From IMG/VR virus record IMGVR_UViG_3300025141_016022: a DNA stretch of 64,000 nt, one strand, 5' to 3'. The position numbers and the translations under genes are program-made. The stretch comes from a virus. This document shows positions 58,517 to 64,000 of the stretch, in pieces. The notes under the pieces are model-generated. The model did no database searches. It saw nothing but the letters and a program-made list of their open reading frames with translations, and had not been told where the DNA came from. The first letter of the stretch is position 1; each line of letters begins with the position of its first letter.

Positions 58517-61500
58517 AATTAGGGCTTTATGGCGGTGGATTTAAACCGTTTCACACAGGACATTTTGCAAAACTACTTCTTGCTTTAGACGAGAGCGATA
58601 GAGTTCTTTCGTTTTTTGGGATAAAAAAGCAAAAGGTAAGTAAGAAAACAGGAAAGAACTTAAAGACACACTTTAGAAAGTTTGGAGATTCAGGTAGATC
58701 TTTTGATCAAGAAATGCAAGAGAAGGTTGTCGCTATCTACGAGAAAGCTTTGCAAGATGCATATCCTGGAATATTAGATGTTGTACCTTCTGTAGATATT
58801 ACACCAATATCTCACGTTCATAGCATGCTAGATAGATTTGCTTATTCAAAAATGACTGATGAAGAAAAGAGTCTTGTAAGTGGTGAAAACATACCAGATC
58901 TTATTTACCAAAGCGGCGATCCTAGTACTGGATCTATTGACTTTAATAAAGTTGATGAGATAACTGTTGTTGCTGGGGAAGAGGAGTTATTAGGGCACAC
59001 TTATATGGGGGCAATAAATAGAAGGGCAGAGCGAGGAGATTCTCCAATAGGCAAAAAAGTCAAAGAACTTATTGATACAGGCAAGATAAAATTAAACTCC
59101 GGTGGGGCTGATGAAGGCAGGCTTGTAAATCTTTTACGACAATATCACCCAGATGCTTCAGATGAAATGGTAACTGTAAGAGGTACTGGAGTTAGAGATT
59201 TTGCCGGTACAGGGGATATAGAATCACTATCTAGATATTTGCCCAATATACTCCCCCAAGATCAGAAAGATGAGATAATTAAAATACTAGTAGGTGAAAA
59301 TGAAACACCTAAACTTGAGTCTTTTATTATGCCAATTATTACCGACAGTACTGTTCTAAGGGCAGCAGCAAAATTTACAGCAAAAAGAGATATCAAAGAA
59401 GCAACATCCAAAAGAAAGAAAGGAGAGGATCACATTCTTGGTTTGACTGAGGATATGTCTCTTACATTTGACAATTTAAGATCACTAATTAGTGATGTTC
59501 TTCACGGTAGGGTGGACCATATAGAAGAAAAGATGGATGGTCAAAATTTTACGTTTACTATTCTTGACAACGGAGAGCTTAGGATATTTGGAAAAGGTGT
59601 CTCTGCTACAGCGCTTGAGAAGGGCGGAAAATCAAGGTCTGATATCGAAGATGCATATAGGGATAATGATAAGGTTAGAGATGCATTTCTTTCAGCATAC
59701 GATGTAACACAAGATTACCTGCTAGGTAAAGATTCTGATCTAGTAAAAAATCTTTTTCAGAATGGAAAGGTTGTCATAGAGGGGCAGATAATGACACCTA
59801 TCAATCCAAATACAATACCTTATACTGAAAATCATGTAAGATTTGTTAGACCGTTTACCCCTTATGATAATATTAATATTAATCTAGATGCCTATAGAGA
59901 TACATTTGAAAATAGAGATGTAGAGATTCAAGATGGAAAAGATAGATCTTGGTCATTTGGTCCCGTTCCAAAGCTTTCACAAACAAAAGTTGATGCATCA
60001 GACATACAGTCAAAGATTTCAGAGCTTGAGAAAGATATTGAAAATCTTCTAGTAGGGATAACTCCAGTACCAAAGACAGTGGGAGACTATGCTGCACATG
60101 CTATGGAATCCTATGTAGAAAAATTTGCCCCTGGTATCGAGCTAGGGAACCTAAGCCCAGATCAAAAAAGACGAGCCCTTGAAAGACTTGGAACTGGAAA
60201 TAAAAAACTAATAAGTAAAAAAGAAATAGGCAATTCCTGGCCTGAATTTCAAAAATTTGAAAGGCTAAGAACTGCTCATGTTGCTGCAGCAATAGCTGAT
60301 CTTGAGAAGATAGTTCAAAAGCTAGGAACTTATTTCTTCGATACTTTAGAATTTGCTCTTGCAACTAATGAAGGTGTTGTTTCTGATCTTGCAGCAGAAG
60401 TTGAAAAGATTAAAAAGGCTAGAGAGTTAGATCAGATATCTATTAAAAATATCGATTCTGGAGAGATATCTGATCTAGTTGATACTTCATGGGCAACAAA
60501 GCTAGATTCATCTCTTTCTCGTGTAGAGCAAATGGGGATGTTTAAGAAAGCTGTTGAAGGTGTTGTTCTTAGAATGCCTGGCCCTCAGGGAGAAAGCATT
60601 GTAAGAAAGCTTACCGGTATGTTTACACCTGTTCACAGGTTAGTCTCTCTCTTTAAATACCCTGATCGATATTCTAAAGAAATTCTTTTTGTCAGTGATG
60701 AAAGCGGCGAAGAGAGTGAGCTTACAGATAGTGAAATTGATGCTATAAATGAAGCACTTCGCCGCTTTGCAAAAAATCTAGGGTTTGAAACACTTCTTTC
60801 AGAAGGGGGAGAAGCATTTAAGAATACAAGCGGTCACCACCTGACTGGGGAAATTGATCTCGAAAATGTAGAACCTACACTTAATCATTTTTTCCAAAAC
60901 CATTTATCAAAAGCAGATATTGAAATGTATCGAATGATTGGAAGCACGGGAAAGAAATCTAGCTCAGGTGATATAGATATCGCTATCTCTTCTCCGCCTG
61001 AGATAGATCAAAAGAGTTTTAAGAATAGTCTTGCTGAAAAGCTCAATAGATCAATTACAAACGGAAGCGCAAAAGTGCAAGGTCAGAATATTGCTGTAAT
61101 GTACCCAATTCAGGGTGGTCAGCCTAATGAATATGTTCAAATAGATATTATGATATCTCCTTGCCTAGAAGACACATGCTGGCTTATGTCTGGAACGGGA
61201 GATGAGGGTATCAAGGGAGTGTATAGAAATCTAATGCTTTCCTACATAGCTTCAAGAAGAAGCAGCAGCGGAGATACATCTGTAAAGTATACAATATCTT
61301 TTCCAGGAGGATTGCAGGCAAAAGTGATGCCAGACGGACTAGACCCAGAAGATCCCAAAAATAAAAGAAAGTGGAAAACTGTCGGTTCAAAAGTTACAGA
61401 TCCTGGAAAAATATTGGAATATCTTGGAGTTAATGCAAAACCAGGTGACGTTGAAACATTTCAGGAGCTTGTCGATGTTATGAGCAAAGATGATATACTT

Positions 61501-63081
61501 TCTTCATATTTGCATGATTTTGAATCTTATATTGCAAGATACTTACAGAATGAAAAAACTTCTAGTGAAGCTCAAAAATCACTAGGGTATATTAATCTAG
61601 TACTAAATAGATCTAAAAATATTACAGAAAGAATGGTATTTGACATAGTTAAAAAAATTATACTAGAGAGTGAAAAGGCTGGATCTTCAAACTTTCCTTT
61701 TGTTAAAATATCATGGTCAGATAAGCTTAAGATGTTTTCTTCAGGTGCATGGAATCTTTGGGATGAAAGGGCATCTGCAACTGCTGATGGCGGTAAAGAT
61801 CCGGAAGGTGCAGAGAAAGCTGTTGCAGCAATGGAAAACTTAATATACCTTGGCCAGAACGGCTATAGAGTAGCCCAGGATGCTGATGGAGACATTCTAG
61901 TGCAAGGCAAAGGTGTTAATGCCAAGCTTGATCCAGAAGAAGCTGTGCAGTATATTATAGGCATTAGAACAAGTGAAGATGAAGGTGAGTATAAGTTGCC
62001 TAGAGTTAGAATACGGCATGTAGCAGGGACAAAACCCTATGATTTAGAGTTGGCATCAGATGGCCAGGCACTAGAAGTTAAAAAAATGGGCGGAAGAAAC
62101 AAGCTTTCAAAGCTGGGATCTGCAACAGGCCGATTGTTTGACAGACATGTTTCTATTATAAGACCCCTAAGAGATGCTGGTCAAATTGCTCAAAGATTTA
62201 TTGAATCTGGAAATATTGTTAGTGATGATGGTCAAGCATCCATAAGGGATATTTCTAACCCGCCTGAATCCCTTGAGGTGGAAAAAGTTGCTCAAGCTGT
62301 TGAGTTAATAGATTATTTTTTCAACAAGATAAGATTTGGAAGATCGCAGAAGGAGCTTCCCGGTGTTATGATTAAAGTTGAAGGTGGTCAAGTTGGAGCA
62401 GGAATGATTAGAAAAATCAAGATGGGCGAGCTTCTCGACATCGAAGACAGGGGTAATCTCTTCAGTGTATGTAAAATAGCTCTCAATAGCACTCTTGGCG
62501 ATTATTCACCTGGAAAAGAAAGAGAGGGAGACGATGCCAAGGATGTTGTTAGCATAAAAGCATCAACGGGAACAGTAGAATATGATGGCAAAGTAACTCT
62601 TGACTATTTTTATGATGAACTAATTTATAAACTTTTCGATAGTGATGAAGACAATACACGAATAGATGAATCATTATTAGCATCTTACGGACAATCAATA
62701 GAGCTTCTTTCTGAGATATATACATCACTGGCAAAAATTAACAAAAATCAGGGTGAAGATGTTTTTAATGAATTTATTGATGATTTACACTATGGCGGAT
62801 TTTATGGAGTAGAAAGAGATTATTATTACTCAATACCATGTGACTCTAACCACCTAGATGTGTATGGCACGACACAGGGATTTAGAGCCATACTTGAAAT
62901 AAAAGAATCACCTCCGGACGGACCAGGAATACCTGATGTCAAGATTGATAAACCTAGCGATAAGCAAGAGGTTGATCTTGAAATAGATATCAGCAGTGAA
63001 GAAAAAGATTCAGATGAGATAGATCAAACGGCGGTGGAAACTGAAGATGTCGAAGATAGCGATACCTCAGAAAATAATTGA
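58513..63081 (+). CDS. Multidomain 1522-aa protein: HxGH nucleotidyltransferase + KxDG ligase-like + Pol-beta NTase + unknown C-terminal domain
   Basis: GGGFKPFHTGH; EEKMDGQN...IEGQI...EGVVLR..RKL; IGSTGK..SGDIDI...QIDIM; PYDLE...LEVKK. Confidence 0.7.
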   Translation: MKLGLYGGGFKPFHTGHFAKLLLALDESDRVLSFFGIKKQKVSKKTGKNLKTHFRKFGDSGRSFDQEMQEKVVAIYEKALQDAYPGILDVVPSVDITPISHVHSMLDRFAYSKMTDEEKSLVSGENIPDLIYQSGDPSTGSIDFNKVDEITVVAGEEELLGHTYMGAINRRAERGDSPIGKKVKELIDTGKIKLNSGGADEGRLVNLLRQYHPDASDEMVTVRGTGVRDFAGTGDIESLSRYLPNILPQDQKDEIIKILVGENETPKLESFIMPIITDSTVLRAAAKFTAKRDIKEATSKRKKGEDHILGLTEDMSLTFDNLRSLISDVLHGRVDHIEEKMDGQNFTFTILDNGELRIFGKGVSATALEKGGKSRSDIEDAYRDNDKVRDAFLSAYDVTQDYLLGKDSDLVKNLFQNGKVVIEGQIMTPINPNTIPYTENHVRFVRPFTPYDNININLDAYRDTFENRDVEIQDGKDRSWSFGPVPKLSQTKVDASDIQSKISELEKDIENLLVGITPVPKTVGDYAAHAMESYVEKFAPGIELGNLSPDQKRRALERLGTGNKKLISKKEIGNSWPEFQKFERLRTAHVAAAIADLEKIVQKLGTYFFDTLEFALATNEGVVSDLAAEVEKIKKARELDQISIKNIDSGEISDLVDTSWATKLDSSLSRVEQMGMFKKAVEGVVLRMPGPQGESIVRKLTGMFTPVHRLVSLFKYPDRYSKEILFVSDESGEESELTDSEIDAINEALRRFAKNLGFETLLSEGGEAFKNTSGHHLTGEIDLENVEPTLNHFFQNHLSKADIEMYRMIGSTGKKSSSGDIDIAISSPPEIDQKSFKNSLAEKLNRSITNGSAKVQGQNIAVMYPIQGGQPNEYVQIDIMISPCLEDTCWLMSGTGDEGIKGVYRNLMLSYIASRRSSSGDTSVKYTISFPGGLQAKVMPDGLDPEDPKNKRKWKTVGSKVTDPGKILEYLGVNAKPGDVETFQELVDVMSKDDILSSYLHDFESYIARYLQNEKTSSEAQKSLGYINLVLNRSKNITERMVFDIVKKIILESEKAGSSNFPFVKISWSDKLKMFSSGAWNLWDERASATADGGKDPEGAEKAVAAMENLIYLGQNGYRVAQDADGDILVQGKGVNAKLDPEEAVQYIIGIRTSEDEGEYKLPRVRIRHVAGTKPYDLELASDGQALEVKKMGGRNKLSKLGSATGRLFDRHVSIIRPLRDAGQIAQRFIESGNIVSDDGQASIRDISNPPESLEVEKVAQAVELIDYFFNKIRFGRSQKELPGVMIKVEGGQVGAGMIRKIKMGELLDIEDRGNLFSVCKIALNSTLGDYSPGKEREGDDAKDVVSIKASTGTVEYDGKVTLDYFYDELIYKLFDSDEDNTRIDESLLASYGQSIELLSEIYTSLAKINKNQGEDVFNEFIDDLHYGGFYGVERDYYYSIPCDSNHLDVYGTTQGFRAILEIKESPPDGPGIPDVKIDKPSDKQEVDLEIDISSEEKDSDEIDQTAVETEDVEDSDTSENN

Positions 63082-63319
63082 ACAACTTAGAGAAATTTCT
63101 CAATATGCTGGCGACTGTGATGACTGGATGACAATTAAGAAAGAAGTTATGAAGAGTATTCCATCGGACCTTAGATCTCTATTTTCAAGAAGGGATCCAA
63201 TAACAAAAGAGCAAATTCCCAATAATTTTGATAAAAATATAATTGAATACTATTATAGCCTTACGGGTATTACATTGAAAATTAGAACACTCGAAGAAAG
63301 AAGAAAATTAAACGATTAA
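63047..63319 (+). CDS. Hypothetical protein
   Basis: ORF overlapping the end of the previous gene. Confidence 0.55.
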   Translation: MSKIAIPQKIIEQLREISQYAGDCDDWMTIKKEVMKSIPSDLRSLFSRRDPITKEQIPNNFDKNIIEYYYSLTGITLKIRTLEERRKLND

Positions 63320-63363
63320 CATTTCACAATATTATTCTATAGTTTTTTAACAGGAGATTTTTT

Positions 63364-63708
63364 ATGAGTCAAAATTGGATTCCAGAAATAATGTATGAAG
63401 AAACAGAGGATGGGCAGACATCTGCAATCCCTTTTATTATGGTTCCAAGTGACCAAAAGATGCCTAGTCTGCTATATATGTTTGAAAGTAGAGAGACCGA
63501 AGAGACTGAGCCAGGTCCAGAAGGTGAAGAGCTTCCTATTGTTGAGTGGGACCTTCATCAGTATGCAGATATGTCTATTCTCAAGTCAGGTCTTGATCAT
63601 GAGACTTATGATAGTGTTAGAAAATGTCTAGGTCTTGAACCAATGGATGTTGCTACTGCAAAGGGAAAAGATATTACTAGTACAGTTCGCAGTAATCTAT
63701 CTGAGTAA
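63364..63708 (+). CDS. Hypothetical protein
   Basis: AGGAG SD; 114-aa ORF. Confidence 0.7.
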   Translation: MSQNWIPEIMYEETEDGQTSAIPFIMVPSDQKMPSLLYMFESRETEETEPGPEGEELPIVEWDLHQYADMSILKSGLDHETYDSVRKCLGLEPMDVATAKGKDITSTVRSNLSE

Positions 63709-63755
63709 AAACAGTTTGTGCGTAATAATTAAATAGTAATTGGAGGCATTTTAAA

Positions 63756-64000
63756 ATGAACCTAGACGCTGATAGACTCGCTAAGCTTGCTGGATTGCCA
63801 GTGGCGAAGAAGAGAAACCTTAACGAAGCTTCAAACAGAAGCATGCATGACGATGCATCACTTTCAGGTGAAGACGAACATCGGTTTGGCAAAGGGCAAC
63901 TTGCTGAAAGGGGAGAAAGCCACGGTGATAAGTCAGATACCCGCCCAGGTGAAAAAGACTACACATGGAAAGCTGGTGATAAGTCAAAAACTGACAAGGG
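63756..64000 (+). CDS. 3'-truncated hypothetical protein (MNLDADRLAKLAGL...), absent from the ORF track
   Basis: GGAGG SD, AATAATTA at 63724-63731, frame open to the window end; has RLAKLAGL and a repeated GDKS. Confidence 0.75.
   Translation, partial: MNLDADRLAKLAGLPVAKKRNLNEASNRSMHDDASLSGEDEHRFGKGQLAERGESHGDKSDTRPGEKDYTWKAGDKSKTDK

Larger units (their letters stand above)
20416..63731. promoter_or_regulatory. Recurrent AATAATTA / ATATTTA motif upstream of putative late genes (candidate phage late promoter)
   Basis: AATAATTA at 20416, 27705, 31514-31521 (minus strand), 37039, 49095, 52464, 55403, 63724; ATAATTA at 24740; ATATTTA variants at 11433, 23922, 51284. Each lies in a short gap shortly before a start codon. 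Confidence 0.6.

Noticed and set aside
884-63892. Numerous 60-180 aa ORFs antisense to or nested in long genes (e.g. 1262..1726, 6804..7343, 18269..18733, 51400..51867)
   Set aside because: Shadow ORFs of well-supported genes, with no motifs, SD sites or independent signals.
1-64000. Stop-codon reassignment, as seen in some large phages
   Set aside because: Conserved genes are full length in the standard code, and TAA, TAG and TGA all end genes at sensible positions.
1-64000. CRISPR array, tRNA/rRNA genes, integrase or transposase
   Set aside because: None recognised by eye, and intergenic gaps are mostly too short. A tRNA or covariance-model scan was not run, so small RNAs are not strictly excluded.
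1-64000. Cellular (bacterial) chromosome or eukaryotic giant-virus origin
   Set aside because: Contractile-tail genes, gp32-like SSB, an amidase, bacterial-type SD and sigma70 signals, and the absence of ribosomal or other housekeeping operons favour a large bacteriophage. The host cannot be determined from this window.

Overview
A 64 kb, AT-rich, gene-dense window, almost all on the + strand and readable in the standard code. It is best explained as part of a large lytic myovirus-like (probably jumbo) phage genome. In order it holds: (1) a contractile-tail module (5'-truncated tape-measure-like gene, tube-initiator/baseplate protein, LysM wedge, hub; 3-9618); (2) a replication and recombination block (degenerate family-A polymerase, HD-like protein, gp32-like SSB, RecA/UvsX, 5'-3' exonuclease, DnaB, class II RNR, with DnaE further on); (3) nucleotide-metabolism and auxiliary genes (ClpP, amidase, cysteine synthase, sulfotransferase, dUTPase/MazG-like, ThyX, NDT, thymidine kinase, dCMP deaminase, SOD, PhhB-like); (4) a putative holin/spanin trio; (5) a nucleotidyltransferase-rich locus. 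Main candidates for new biology: (a) at least seven otherwise unrelated genes share an N-terminal leader M-K-I-T-x3-(I/L)-R-x-I-I-x-E-E in front of different cargo domains (zincins, kinase-like, SleB-like hydrolase), several behind an AATAATTA motif, which suggests a modular virion-packaged effector system; (b) a dNMP kinase fused to a minimal thymidylate-synthase fold with the Asn-to-Asp change typical of dCMP-modifying enzymes, implying modified cytosine; (c) an A_AAA_AAG -1 frameshift candidate at about 13155; (d) a 1522-aa protein joining HxGH, KxDG-ligase and Pol-beta nucleotidyltransferase domains. All calls come from motifs read by eye; no database searches were run. No tRNA, rRNA, CRISPR array, integrase or transposase was recognised.
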